Shown here: piece after piece, positions 28,834-38,895 of the stretch
Layout: the number at the start of each line of letters is the position of its first letter
How positions within the stretch are numbered: position 1 is the first letter of the stretch
NCBI GenBank assembly: GCA_038279365.1
Contig: JAYODI010000004.1
Coordinates: 1 to 64,000, forward strand
Source: Candidatus Latescibacterota bacterium
Lineage (GTDB): Bacteria > Latescibacterota > UBA2968
DNA: 64,000 nucleotides
Direction of reading: 5' to 3'
Made by a program: the position numbers and the translations under genes
The notes under the pieces: generated by a model
Told to the model about the DNA's origin: nothing
Databases searched by the model: none
The model's input: only the letters and a program-made list of their open reading frames with translations

Positions 28834-29870
28834 ACTTTGGGCCAAATCATGAGGTGATTTTGGATGATGTTTGGGTAGATGGTGTCGCCAACATTGTGGG
28901 CAGAGTGACCAGATAGGAGAAGGTGAATGGGCTCGTTTGCCCAATGGGCAAGTAAGATGGTGGAAGGTCCCATGTCTTCGATGACGGCAATGGTTGCAGG
29001 TATTTTACCACCGTCTAAGGTGATTGCTTCAGGGCGAATACCCAATGTGGCTTTGGGTGGGCTGTTTGGGTGGGCTTCAACAATAGGATGGTGCGATGAT
29101 GTGTGCCAATACCCATTTACCTGATAGGCATCGATCAAGTTGATGGGGGGGTAACCGAGTTGGCGAGCGATGCCGGGTGTGTGGGGGTGGTTGTAAATGT
29201 CTTGAGGGGAACCGGTTTGTAAGATGTGCCCTTCAGACAAGACCACAATGCGATCTGCAATGGAGAGGGCTTCTGTTTGATCGTGGGTCACGTAGATCAT
29301 GGGGATGCGCAATTCGCGCTGAAGGCGAATGATTTCCACGCGCAATATTTCACGCAATTTGGCATCGAGGTTGGTGAGGGGCTCATCCAGCAAAAAAAGT
29401 TTGGGGCGGCGCACGATCGCCCGGCCAATGGCCACCCGTTGCATTTCTCCCCCCGAAAGATGCGTGGCGGGGCGATTGAGTAAGGGGGTGATGTGAAGGG
29501 TTTCGGCCACGCCTAAGATGCGCGTTTCAATTTCACTTTCTGTGAGATTTTGTTTGGGCGCACGCAGTGGAAAGGCGAGGTTTTCTTTGACGGTTTTGTT
29601 GGGGTAGAGCGAAAAATTTTGAAAAACAAGTGCGATGTCGCGTTCGGCGGGTGGGGTATGTGTGATGTCTATGCCGTGCAGTGTGATGTGGCCACAATTG
29701 GGTTCTTCCAAACCGGCAAGGGTGCGCAAGAGTGTGGTTTTGCCAGCACCCGTTGGTCCAAGAACAACCAATCTTTCTCCGGCATGCAGGTCTAAAAATA
29801 TCTCTGAAAGTGCTTGGGTTTGTCCAAATGTTTTGCTCACATTTGTGAGTGTGAGAATGGGCGCACTCAT
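28830..29870 (-). CDS. Sugar ABC transporter ATP-binding protein
   Basis: GPTGAGKTT, VFQ..SLYP, LSGGEMQRVA, LLDEP and YVTHDQ motifs. Confidence 0.95.
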   Translation of the reverse strand: MSAPILTLTNVSKTFGQTQALSEIFLDLHAGERLVVLGPTGAGKTTLLRTLAGLEEPNCGHITLHGIDITHTPPAERDIALVFQNFSLYPNKTVKENLAFPLRAPKQNLTESEIETRILGVAETLHITPLLNRPATHLSGGEMQRVAIGRAIVRRPKLFLLDEPLTNLDAKLREILRVEIIRLQRELRIPMIYVTHDQTEALSIADRIVVLSEGHILQTGSPQDIYNHPHTPGIARQLGYPPINLIDAYQVNGYWHTSSHHPIVEAHPNSPPKATLGIRPEAITLDGGKIPATIAVIEDMGPSTILLAHWANEPIHLLLSGHSAHNVGDTIYPNIIQNHLMIWPKV

Positions 29871-30922
29871 GAGATGGCCTTTCCTGTTTCTGTGTTGAAC
29901 AGGCGAATCTGCTCGGGGGCAAATGCAACTTGAATGATGTCTCCTATGGAGAAGGAAATATCAAGGGATGTGCGCATAATGAGGTTTCCCACAGAAGTGT
30001 CTAAGTGAACGTAGTGGTGGCTCCCGTGGTATTCAATAATGGAGATTTGGGCATCTATGCCATTGGGCGACGGGGAGATAAATTCGGGGCGAATCCCCAG
30101 TGTGGTTGGACCTTCATGTGTGGTGTTTGGGATGGGGAGTGCCGTGTTTGATGTCTGAAACACGGTTTTGTCGTTTTGTGAGAGGGTGCCAGCAATGAGG
30201 TTCATACCTGGGCTGCCCACAAAGTTTGCAACAAAAAGATCGGCAGGATAATGGTAAATATCGCTTGGGCGACCTACTTGGCGAATCAAACCGTCGTCCA
30301 TGACCACCATGCGATCTGCCAAGCTCATGGCCTCTTCTTGGTCGTGGGTGACATAAATGGCAGTGACTGAGAGGGCCAGTTGTTGGGCGCGAATAAATTC
30401 TCGTAACTCAAGACGGTGGTCGGCGTCTAAGGTGCCCAAGGGTTCATCCATGAGATAGATATCGGGCTGGCGAACCATTGCACGAGCAAGTGACACGCGT
30501 TGTTGATCTCCGCCACTGAGTTGGCTGGGGTGATGGTTTAACAATGTGGTGATGCCCAATGCATCGGACACACGATGGATGGTGGTTTCGATGTCTGATG
30601 GTGGTGTGCGCATGTTTTCTAATGGAAAAGCGATGTTTTGACGCACGGTCATGTGTGGGTATAGGGCGTAAAACTGAAAGACAAAACCAATGTCGCGTTG
30701 AGAAGCTTGTGTGTGCGTGATGTCTTTTTGATTGAGTATGATCCGACCTGCCGAAGGGATTTCAAGGCCGGCAATCATGCGCAATGTGGTGGTTTTGCCA
30801 CAGCCCGATGGGCCCAGCAAAACCACAAACTCGCCCTTTTGAATGGTCAGATCAATACCCTTTACGGCCAGTGTGCCATCGGGGTATGTTTTTTGAAGGT
30901 TGTTGAGTTGAAGAAAAGACAT
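29867..30922 (-). CDS. Sugar ABC transporter ATP-binding protein
   Basis: GPSGCGKTT, VFQFYALYPHM, LSGGDQQR, MDEP and YVTHDQ motifs. Confidence 0.95.
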   Translation of the reverse strand: MSFLQLNNLQKTYPDGTLAVKGIDLTIQKGEFVVLLGPSGCGKTTTLRMIAGLEIPSAGRIILNQKDITHTQASQRDIGFVFQFYALYPHMTVRQNIAFPLENMRTPPSDIETTIHRVSDALGITTLLNHHPSQLSGGDQQRVSLARAMVRQPDIYLMDEPLGTLDADHRLELREFIRAQQLALSVTAIYVTHDQEEAMSLADRMVVMDDGLIRQVGRPSDIYHYPADLFVANFVGSPGMNLIAGTLSQNDKTVFQTSNTALPIPNTTHEGPTTLGIRPEFISPSPNGIDAQISIIEYHGSHHYVHLDTSVGNLIMRTSLDISFSIGDIIQVAFAPEQIRLFNTETGKAIS

Positions 30923-30936
30923 TGTATATCAATCGC

Positions 30937-31800
30937 TTATTGTTTGATGGTACCAAATGTGACACCGCGCAAGAGGTGATTGCGCACCAATATGGTGAAT
31001 ATGACAATGGGAATCACAAAAATCAACACACCAGCAGCCACTTGAGGCCAAGGAATGCCTTGGATGTTGCCTTGCAATCCGGCAAAGTAGACGGGCACGG
31101 TTACGGCTTGAGCGTTGTTGAGTGTGAGGGCAAAACCATATTCATTCCAAGCAGAGATGAGGCAAAAAACGGCAGTCACCGCCATACCTGTTGCCGACTG
31201 GGGTAAGATGATTTTGTAAAAGGCTTGGAGGCGTGTATATCCATCCACAAGAGCGGCTTCTTCATATGCGCGTGGGATGTCATCTATAAAGCCTTTCATG
31301 AGCCACACCGCCAATGAAAGATTAAATGCTGTATAAAGTAAAATGAGCCCAATGTGTGTGTTGGGCAGGTCAAATTGACGATACATTATAAGCACGGGGA
31401 CAACCACCGCAAGTGGGGGCAAAAAACGTGTGGAAAGAATAAAAAAAAGCCAGTCCTTTGCGCCCAAAATTTGAAACCGACTGAACCCATATGCACAACC
31501 AGTGCCAAGGGCAACCGATGCAAATGTGCTTATCAGGCCAATTAAAATGCTGTTGCTGAGGTAGTGAAAAAAAGAGTACGCACGGCCTGTTTGAGGGGTT
31601 GCTAAGTTGCGGTAGGCATCTAATGTGGGGTGAAACTGGATGCGATGAGAAGGTGTACTTGGCTCGGTATGGGGGATGAAAGATGCCGTAGAAGCAATGG
31701 CCGCTTCATTGGTTTTAAATGAGGTGATACCCAGCCAAAACAATGGGGCTGTAGCCAAAAGGAAATAAGGTAACAGGATCATCCAGCGTATATAGATCAT
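30937..31800 (-). CDS. Carbohydrate ABC transporter permease (MalG-like)
   Basis: EAA loop 'IPRAYEEAALVDG', AWNEY, multiple TM segments. Confidence 0.93.
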   Translation of the reverse strand: MIYIRWMILLPYFLLATAPLFWLGITSFKTNEAAIASTASFIPHTEPSTPSHRIQFHPTLDAYRNLATPQTGRAYSFFHYLSNSILIGLISTFASVALGTGCAYGFSRFQILGAKDWLFFILSTRFLPPLAVVVPVLIMYRQFDLPNTHIGLILLYTAFNLSLAVWLMKGFIDDIPRAYEEAALVDGYTRLQAFYKIILPQSATGMAVTAVFCLISAWNEYGFALTLNNAQAVTVPVYFAGLQGNIQGIPWPQVAAGVLIFVIPIVIFTILVRNHLLRGVTFGTIKQ

Positions 31801-32672
31801 GTTGGTCGGCCTTGTTTTTGAAGGATGGTCGCCATGTAACGGATGAACACGCTTGATAAAACGATAACAATGATCAATATGACAAGCCCATAGGCACTGC
31901 CCAATCCTATTTTATACCCACGAAACATAGTTTGATAAAGCAGGGCACTCAGAGTTTGGGTAGCAGGGTCATTGGGACCCGTGATGGACATAACAAGGTC
32001 AAATTGTTTTAAGGCATCGGTGGTGCGAAAAAGAACAGATAAAAAAAGGAGGGGTGAACAAAGCGGGAGCGTGACGCGTCGAAAAATGGTCCACGGGGAT
32101 GCACGGTCAATGGTTGCTGCTTCATAAAGGTGTTTGGGAATGGCATTGAGTCCGGCCAGTGCAATGAGCATCATAAATGGGGTCCACATCCAAATGTCTA
32201 TGATGAGTATGGAAAAAAGTTTGAGGTTTGGGTCGGTAAGCCATTGGGGTTGTGGCAAGGCAAAATAGGAAAGAATTTGATTGAATACCCCATAATGACC
32301 GTTGAGGATGAAGTTCCAATAGAGCCCCATAACGGCAGGGGAGAGCATCATGGGAATAAGGATAAGGGTGAGCAAAAGTGTTTTGCCTCGAAATGGGGTA
32401 TAGAGGGCAAAGGCGAGGGCAAATCCTAAGAGCAGTTCAATTGATACTGCCAATACGACAAACAGTCCCGTGGTGCGCAGGGCCGAGAGATAACGGGGGT
32501 CATCAAAAACGATTTCAAAATTTCGCATGCCCACAAAGGTGGCCAGTCCCCCACTGAGTTCCATGTTGGTGAAGCTGAGATAGATGTTATAAACAAGTGG
32601 AAAGACGTTGAATAAGATCAAGAAGATCAACGCGGGTGCAACAAAACCATATTTGATAGATTGATTTTGCAT
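31797..32672 (-). CDS. Carbohydrate ABC transporter permease (MalF-like)
   Basis: DIWMWTPF, 'IPKHLYEAATID' EAA loop, TGP..AT. Confidence 0.93.
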   Translation of the reverse strand: MQNQSIKYGFVAPALIFLILFNVFPLVYNIYLSFTNMELSGGLATFVGMRNFEIVFDDPRYLSALRTTGLFVVLAVSIELLLGFALAFALYTPFRGKTLLLTLILIPMMLSPAVMGLYWNFILNGHYGVFNQILSYFALPQPQWLTDPNLKLFSILIIDIWMWTPFMMLIALAGLNAIPKHLYEAATIDRASPWTIFRRVTLPLCSPLLFLSVLFRTTDALKQFDLVMSITGPNDPATQTLSALLYQTMFRGYKIGLGSAYGLVILIIVIVLSSVFIRYMATILQKQGRPT

Positions 32673-32804
32673 GGGGCAATAAGCGGGTGAAAGTTGGGTT
32701 TGCAATATGAGAGTCGGTTATTATAATGTGCGTATTCTTTTGTGTCAATCATTGGTCGTAGAAAAAATGTCATACATAACGACTATCCTGAGATATTGGA
32801 GGTG

Positions 32805-33791
32805 ATGGTGAATAAAAAAATGGTGTTTTGGCCAGCATTATCAGATGATGTGATGGCACAGGTAAATGCGTTGAATGTTGAGGTGGCGGTTGTCGATTCT
32901 GAAACTGGGGCCATAGAAGCCATTGCTGATGCCGATGCGTTTTATGGGCGTTTGACACCTGGTATTTTGTCGGCGGGCAAACAATTAAAATGGGTGCAGG
33001 CAACAAGTGCGGGGTTAGATGGCTACTTTTTCCCAGAATTGCGCAACAGCGATGTGGTTTTAACCAATTTGCGTGGGATATACAGTGATGTGATTGCCGA
33101 TCATGTGTTTGCTTTTATACTCACATTGGCCAGAGGGATGCATGTCTATACACAGCATCAAGCCAATGGAAAATGGCAAAAAGGTGCAGAAGTGATCCAT
33201 TTGGGGGGCAAGGTGCTCGGTATTCTTGGATTGGGGGGCATTGGTCTTGAGGTGGCCAAACGTGGGCATGCTTTTGGCATGACGGTGATGGCTGTAGACC
33301 CTGCCCCAAAAGATCGGCCCGATTATGTGACTGCGGTGTTTGATCCCAAAGATGCGATGCAGATGCTCAAGCAAGCCGATTTTGTGGTGATTTGTGTGCC
33401 TCATACGGGTGAAACGGAATATTTGATCAATCGGGAGGCCCTGGCTCAAATGAAAAATACGGCTGTGCTGGTCAATATTGGACGTGGCAAAGTTGTGGAT
33501 TTGACTGCGTTAACTGAAGCGTTAGAAACAGGTCAATTGGGTGGGGCGGGGCTGGATGTTTTTGAAACAGAGCCATTACCTGAAGGACATCCTTTGTGGG
33601 CGATGCCCCAGGTGGTTATTACGCCTCATGTGGCGGGTATTTCACCTGAGGTAGCCAAGCGGCGCAAACGTGTCATTGTAGAAAATATAAGGCGTTTTGT
33701 GGCAGGAGAACCGTTGTTAAACGTGGTGGATAAAAAACGAGGCTATGTGGTGGCAGGAAATGATGGGGCACAAATTGAAGGGGTGAATTAG
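32805..33791 (+). CDS. D-2-hydroxyacid dehydrogenase family protein (start 32805 or 32808)
   Basis: SAGLD, GLGGIG, VNIGRG, LDVFETEPLP and ITPHVAG motifs. Confidence 0.93.
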   Translation: MVNKKMVFWPALSDDVMAQVNALNVEVAVVDSETGAIEAIADADAFYGRLTPGILSAGKQLKWVQATSAGLDGYFFPELRNSDVVLTNLRGIYSDVIADHVFAFILTLARGMHVYTQHQANGKWQKGAEVIHLGGKVLGILGLGGIGLEVAKRGHAFGMTVMAVDPAPKDRPDYVTAVFDPKDAMQMLKQADFVVICVPHTGETEYLINREALAQMKNTAVLVNIGRGKVVDLTALTEALETGQLGGAGLDVFETEPLPEGHPLWAMPQVVITPHVAGISPEVAKRRKRVIVENIRRFVAGEPLLNVVDKKRGYVVAGNDGAQIEGVN

Positions 33792-34078
33792 GTTTCCCCA
33801 TCTTTGTGTTTTGCAGGCATGGAACTGTTGATTTTGGTGTGGAGTTCGGAAATGTCTTGTTCGTATTTGAGGGCTTCTTCTTCAAGTTTGGCGGTTCGGT
33901 TTTCGGCTTCATTTCTCGCTTTTTCAGATTCTGAAAATTGAAGTTCGAGGCGTTTGATGTCGATTTCTGTTTGCTCGATTTTTTCGCGGCTTTCCCGATG
34001 ATCCTCCAAAAAGCCAATGATAACCATCGCCAAATAGATAATGGCACCAATTGCAATGCCCAGAAATAACCAATTCAC
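33788..34078 (-). CDS. Hypothetical membrane-anchored coiled-coil protein
   Basis: N-terminal TM helix followed by an E/K-rich heptad region; RBS-like AGAGGG. Confidence 0.65.
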   Translation of the reverse strand: MNWLFLGIAIGAIIYLAMVIIGFLEDHRESREKIEQTEIDIKRLELQFSESEKARNEAENRTAKLEEEALKYEQDISELHTKINSSMPAKHKDGET

Positions 34079-34100
34079 TCAAACCCTCTTTGTCTGATTT

Positions 34101-34134
34101 AAAAAAAGGATGCCGATCAGGCATCCTTTTTTTT
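34101..34134. terminator. Bidirectional intrinsic terminator
   Basis: AAAAAAAGGATGCC-GATCA-GGCATCCTTTTTTTT. Confidence 0.85.
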
Positions 34135-34420
34135 ATTTCTTTTCGTGACTGCGGCGCATTTCAAGTACATGGGCAAATGTATCAGAAAGGCTAAACCCTT
34201 TGCGAGAATACTTTAACATGGCTTCCCGAGACATCACCATCATGGTTTCTTCTTCTGGGTCTGGATAACGACAAAAACTGTGTTTGACCTCAACACCAGT
34301 GATGCAACAGCGCGATTCAAGAGGAAATTCACGTTCGGTATCGGTCAAGGTTTCGGCGGGGGCCAAGTCTTCGTTGCCTTCCTGATATTCTGAATAGAAT
34401 TCGACATTTTCTTCTGACAT
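34133..34420 (-). CDS. Hypothetical small acidic protein
   Basis: RBS AAGGAG, its own terminator downstream, and a CCITG motif. Confidence 0.7.
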   Translation of the reverse strand: MSEENVEFYSEYQEGNEDLAPAETLTDTEREFPLESRCCITGVEVKHSFCRYPDPEEETMMVMSREAMLKYSRKGFSLSDTFAHVLEMRRSHEKK

Positions 34421-34543
34421 GGTTTACGCTCCTTTATGTGTGAACGAAAAGGTGTTGCAAAGAGGTAAAAAATATACCGAAATTGTAAATTGTGTAAAGA
34501 GAAAATATGCGCTATATGTAAAAAATGCCAATGTTTAGCCTAT

Positions 34544-35722
34544 TTAGAGGTCGTCTTCTGTAGGCACATTTCTGCGAATTTCTAAGAGACGAACATAACG
34601 GTTATGAACAAAAACCATAAATGCGCCCATTAAAAAATATGCCAGACAAACTTGCAAAATGGAAAACAGGGCATCCACACCTTGGGCATGTTTTAAGACC
34701 AAGGCTTCCAACCCTTGTCCGGCACTGATGAGGTAAATGACCCAAACAGCACGTTTGTTGCCCAATCCAAGATCTGAGAGGCGGTGGTGAAAGTGATCTC
34801 GCCCTGTAAAGTGAAGCCATTGACCAAAACTTCGCACTTGGCCGGTGGCTATGCGCACAACCGTGGTGAGGCTGGTGTCAAAAATGGGCACGCCCAAAAT
34901 CACAATGGGCACCACAAGTCCAACCCAACCGTCGTTACCCCATTCCCCCAAAATACCAATGCCTGCCAGTGTAAACCCTAAAAAATTGCTTCCGCTGTCG
35001 CCCAAAAATATGCTGGCGGGTTTGTGTCTTCGAAAATTAAAGGGCAAAAATCCCACGCAACTTCCAGCCAAGGCGAGGGCCAAAAGGAGCATTTCTGATC
35101 CCCCAGCCCGAAGGGCAACCAAACTAAAAAAGGTCGCATTGATAGCGGCAGTTCCACTGGCAAGACCATCCATGCCATCTAGAAAATTGATGGCATTGGT
35201 GATGCCAACAACCCATAAAAAGGTGATGAGGTATTCACCCAACTGTCCCCACCAGGTTTCGGGTAAAAAGGACAAGATCGCACCATACTTGATTAAAATA
35301 CCTACGGCAAAAATTTGTGCCAGGAGACGAATTTTGGCTGTTAGGCCCCATATGTCATCCAAGAGCCCCATGAGAAAAATAAGGGTAGCTCCCAAGGCAA
35401 CGCCTTTGCGTTGTTCGGTAAAATAGAGAATGTCTTGTGCCAAAAACATGACCAACGCAAAGCCCAAAAAAATGGCTACGCCCCCCATGAGAGGGGTTAC
35501 ATGTTGGTGGGTTTTGCGGCCCCCTGGTTTGTCAACTGCACCTATCTTTTCTGCCACCCACATAATAGAGGGGACCAAAAAACAGGTCAATCCAAATGAC
35601 AAAAGGAGAATATAGGCCCAGGTGAGCGAATGGGTGACCACTGTCGCTTTGACACCTGGAAATAGAAGGAACCCAATGAGCAAAAAGGCTGGGATCTGAA
35701 TCAGCTTGAAGGGCCTAATCAA
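34544..35722 (-). CDS. WecA/TagO-like undecaprenyl-phosphate alpha-N-acetylhexosaminyl 1-phosphate transferase (MraY family)
   Basis: VDKP..RKTH...TP.MGG, DD, NAINFLDGMDGLA, IFLGDSGS and DHFHHRL motifs. Confidence 0.92.
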   Translation of the reverse strand: MIRPFKLIQIPAFLLIGFLLFPGVKATVVTHSLTWAYILLLSFGLTCFLVPSIMWVAEKIGAVDKPGGRKTHQHVTPLMGGVAIFLGFALVMFLAQDILYFTEQRKGVALGATLIFLMGLLDDIWGLTAKIRLLAQIFAVGILIKYGAILSFLPETWWGQLGEYLITFLWVVGITNAINFLDGMDGLASGTAAINATFFSLVALRAGGSEMLLLALALAGSCVGFLPFNFRRHKPASIFLGDSGSNFLGFTLAGIGILGEWGNDGWVGLVVPIVILGVPIFDTSLTTVVRIATGQVRSFGQWLHFTGRDHFHHRLSDLGLGNKRAVWVIYLISAGQGLEALVLKHAQGVDALFSILQVCLAYFLMGAFMVFVHNRYVRLLEIRRNVPTEDDL

Positions 35723-36744
35723 AGCGCCTCCTGTGCAACGTGAAGGATGTGATCTATTTCTTTTTCAGACAGATCGGGATAAAGGGGTATGGAGACCGCG
35801 TGTTGATACGTATGGGTTGTGTGTGGATATGCCTGGTCACTTTCTCCCACAATATTATGCAACGGATAAAATACAGGTTTGCGCACAGATACGCCATGAG
35901 ATTCAAAAGTGGCAATCAGTTGAGACGCGGGTTTGGGATGCCGAATGACATATCGAAATGGAAATTCGCCCGCTTTGAATAGGGGCAATTGGGCATTGGT
36001 TTTTGTTAGGCTATCGGTAAAGCGTTGCCCCAATTCACGCCGGCGGGCGATGAGTTGGGGCAGTTTATTGAGTTGGGCATGGATAATGGCTGCTTGTAGG
36101 TCTGTGAGTTTATAATTGTAACGCAATTTGTTGTCTGTGCGTCCATCATAGTCACGTAAGTCGCGAAGATGGGTTGCCAACGTGTCACTTTGGGTGGCAA
36201 TGGCCCCACCTTCGCCGCCGCAAATCACTTTGGTGGCATAAAATGAAAAGACAGAAAGTTGCCCCAGACTGCCTACGGGGCTCCCTTTGTAAGTCGCCCC
36301 TAAGGCCAGCGCACAGTCTTCGACAATGGGCGCACCAAGAGACGTTAACGATTCGATGTCTACGGTATGACCAAACATGTGTGGGGCAAGGATGGCCCCA
36401 ATCACAGGGTGAGGGTGGGGTGGGGTCAGTTGAAATGTAAGGGGATCGATATCGCCCAAAATGGGGGTGGCACCAATGAGACGAATGGCATTGAGTAATG
36501 CCGTGCACACATAAGAGGGCAAGAGCACATTGGTTTTTTGCGGAAGATTGAGCGCCAACAATGCCAAGTGTAGAGCCGCACTTCCAGAGTTGACTGCAAT
36601 GACATGTTTGACACGTAGATGCGCAGACATTGCTTGTTCCAACTGGGCAACTTCAGTGCCTTGGGCCAGCATGCCCGAGCGGATAATCCGCAGTGCGGCG
36701 TGTTCTTCTTCAATGCCCAATGATGGACGAGAATGAGGTATCAT
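35719..36744 (-). CDS. DegT/DnrJ/EryC1/StrS sugar aminotransferase
   Basis: VNSGSAALHL, EDCA, SFYATK (PLP lysine), GEGG and SIPLYP motifs. Confidence 0.92.
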   Translation of the reverse strand: MIPHSRPSLGIEEEHAALRIIRSGMLAQGTEVAQLEQAMSAHLRVKHVIAVNSGSAALHLALLALNLPQKTNVLLPSYVCTALLNAIRLIGATPILGDIDPLTFQLTPPHPHPVIGAILAPHMFGHTVDIESLTSLGAPIVEDCALALGATYKGSPVGSLGQLSVFSFYATKVICGGEGGAIATQSDTLATHLRDLRDYDGRTDNKLRYNYKLTDLQAAIIHAQLNKLPQLIARRRELGQRFTDSLTKTNAQLPLFKAGEFPFRYVIRHPKPASQLIATFESHGVSVRKPVFYPLHNIVGESDQAYPHTTHTYQHAVSIPLYPDLSEKEIDHILHVAQEAL

Positions 36745-36751
36745 AGCGTGT

Positions 36752-37369
36752 TTAAATGTTGATAAACAGCCGCATGGCGGAGAAGGCTTCTGCACTTTTG
36801 ACACGTGCTTGTATGCCACGAAAATGTGCCGTAGAACGTGCCACATCCACAATAGACCGTTCGTGTACGTAGGTGTTCATGACTTGTGATTTATGGGCTT
36901 CAAGGCAGGCGAGTTTGTATTCTAACACATCGCCCACATCTACATAAACAGTGGGGTTAAAGTTGATTGACGAAAAGCCCTCAAAGTATAAGACGTTTTT
37001 AATGAGCGATCGGCTTGCAGGGATCACGGCTTGTGCAAGGGCGCGGTGGTCTTGGTGTGTGTCATCGGGGTAAGGGACAAATGCAAAATCGGGTTTGACC
37101 TGTCGTGCCACATTTTCGATATCCATAATCAACTGCCTGCTGCAAGCCACCTCGGTGTCGATGTGATTTAAAAAGAATACGTCTTCGGCATCCATGAGGC
37201 GGGCGGCTTCGCGTTGTTCTTTTTTTCGCATTTCAGGTTCATCTTTGGCAGATCCATTTGTCACCACGCACAAAAAAATATTGTGTCCTTGTCGGCGATA
37301 TTTGATCAATGTGCCCGCACAGCCATATTCAATGTCATCGGGGTGTGCCCCAACGGCGAGAATATTCAT
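36752..37369 (-). CDS. PIG-L family deacetylase
   Basis: GAHPDDIE.G, R..E, DTHQDH and H.SQ motifs. Confidence 0.92.
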   Translation of the reverse strand: MNILAVGAHPDDIEYGCAGTLIKYRRQGHNIFLCVVTNGSAKDEPEMRKKEQREAARLMDAEDVFFLNHIDTEVACSRQLIMDIENVARQVKPDFAFVPYPDDTHQDHRALAQAVIPASRSLIKNVLYFEGFSSINFNPTVYVDVGDVLEYKLACLEAHKSQVMNTYVHERSIVDVARSTAHFRGIQARVKSAEAFSAMRLFINI

Positions 37370-37393
37370 TGAAAGCCTCCCTCTATAGGCGTG

Positions 37394-38212
37394 TTATTTT
37401 TTGATCAGTACTGCAAATAAGAGATAACCACGACGTTGTGGTTTATAAAAAAAACGGTCGAGCCTGGATGCAATGGTAAAGAGTGTGGGTTCAAAAAATC
37501 TAAAAAAGCGCACACCAAAGATCAGATCGGTTGCCCAAACTGTAAATAAATGCAAGGCATATTCAAAATGGCTTGTTGTAAAAAGGTTTGAAACTTGGTT
37601 TTTAAGATCTTCGGCATTGTAGAAACGGTGCTGAAAAAAGCGCTCTTTTTGCTCTTGTGATGTTAAGGCCAACCAAGATTTTCCATTCCATATTGGAGGT
37701 GTATATAATAATCTTGGCACAAGTTTTGGCATCAAGGTTTCACCGCCAAACAACTGCCCTTTGCCTGAGGGCGCAATGGATGCCAGGCTGACCAAAAGTC
37801 TGCCACCTGGAGCAAGCAATCTGTGAAATTCTCGAAACACAGCATCATCGTCGGGGATATGTACAACGGTGTCAAGAGATACAATTTGGTCAAATGAGCC
37901 CGCCTCAAAGGGTGTTTGGGTAGACAAGTCACCCACGCGAAAGTCAATGTCTAAGTGGGCTTGTTTTGCCGCTGTTTGGGCCACATCAATTTCGTGTTGT
38001 GAAATATTGGTGCCTGAAACTTTGAGGCCTTGTTTTGCCATCCAAATTGTCAATTCACCCGTCCCACAAGAGGCATCCAATGTGTGGGTTGCTTGCCAGT
38101 TTATAAGCGTTTTTACGCGGTAAAATCGAGGCATCCATGCTGTAATGGGGAACAGCACGTTTTGGACTTTGAGGAAGCCATCGGCCAGTGAGCCTAAAAG
38201 ACGGCGCATCAT
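37394..38212 (-). CDS. Class I SAM-dependent methyltransferase
   Basis: LDASCGTG, PF..GSFD, HIPDD and LAPGG motifs. Confidence 0.88.
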   Translation of the reverse strand: MMRRLLGSLADGFLKVQNVLFPITAWMPRFYRVKTLINWQATHTLDASCGTGELTIWMAKQGLKVSGTNISQHEIDVAQTAAKQAHLDIDFRVGDLSTQTPFEAGSFDQIVSLDTVVHIPDDDAVFREFHRLLAPGGRLLVSLASIAPSGKGQLFGGETLMPKLVPRLLYTPPIWNGKSWLALTSQEQKERFFQHRFYNAEDLKNQVSNLFTTSHFEYALHLFTVWATDLIFGVRFFRFFEPTLFTIASRLDRFFYKPQRRGYLLFAVLIKK

Positions 38213-38895
38213 GAGCGATTTTCTCCCAAAAGAACTCGCAAGCTTTCGGGGCCATGGTTAAAAAGTAGGTCAATGGTTGACATATAGGGTTCAAAGTTTC
38301 CAAAGTTTTGTGTGTATGTGGGGTGCGTAAATGATTGGAATTCTACCCGAATGCCTGCCGCATCAAATTGCGCCAAGTCCATATAATCATGGCCGCCAGC
38401 TCCTGCCAGATATGTGTCGGCATGGAGGTGTTTGCAGATGTCTACCAAGCGACCTGTTGGATCATTTGATAGGTGCCATTGGGAGGCATCGTCTAAGGGG
38501 GTTGTGATGCCCAATGCCTGAACGATGAGGTCGATGGTTGCCCGATTGATGTCGGTGAGCATTTGCCACTCTTGTTGGAAGAGCCTTTCGAAAAGTGAGA
38601 AATAGTCTTTAAAAAAAGGGGCTTTTGTGTAATTGGAGATGAGTGCTTGTAGGTGTTTGTTGCGCCAAGTGATGTCGTTGTTTATGGGGACTTCGGCAAT
38701 GCTCATTGGAAATTTGAACCGTACGGGCACCGTCAGCCACTGCCATCCTTGGGCGGTTTTGATTTTGTTTCGGTTTTGAAATTCATTTTTTTTAAATTGC
38801 ACAATATCAAGCATCACAAATCGATCCGCGCGGGCTATTTTTTCAAAATAACCCAACCACGGCAAATATTGAGGTTGGTGAACGGCAACGATCAT
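38209..38895 (-). CDS. WbqC family protein
   Basis: HQPQYLPWLGYF.KI, NRN.I, WLTVPV, NY.KAPFF, HP.Y.Q and DLLFNHG motifs. Confidence 0.93.
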   Translation of the reverse strand: MIVAVHQPQYLPWLGYFEKIARADRFVMLDIVQFKKNEFQNRNKIKTAQGWQWLTVPVRFKFPMSIAEVPINNDITWRNKHLQALISNYTKAPFFKDYFSLFERLFQQEWQMLTDINRATIDLIVQALGITTPLDDASQWHLSNDPTGRLVDICKHLHADTYLAGAGGHDYMDLAQFDAAGIRVEFQSFTHPTYTQNFGNFEPYMSTIDLLFNHGPESLRVLLGENRS

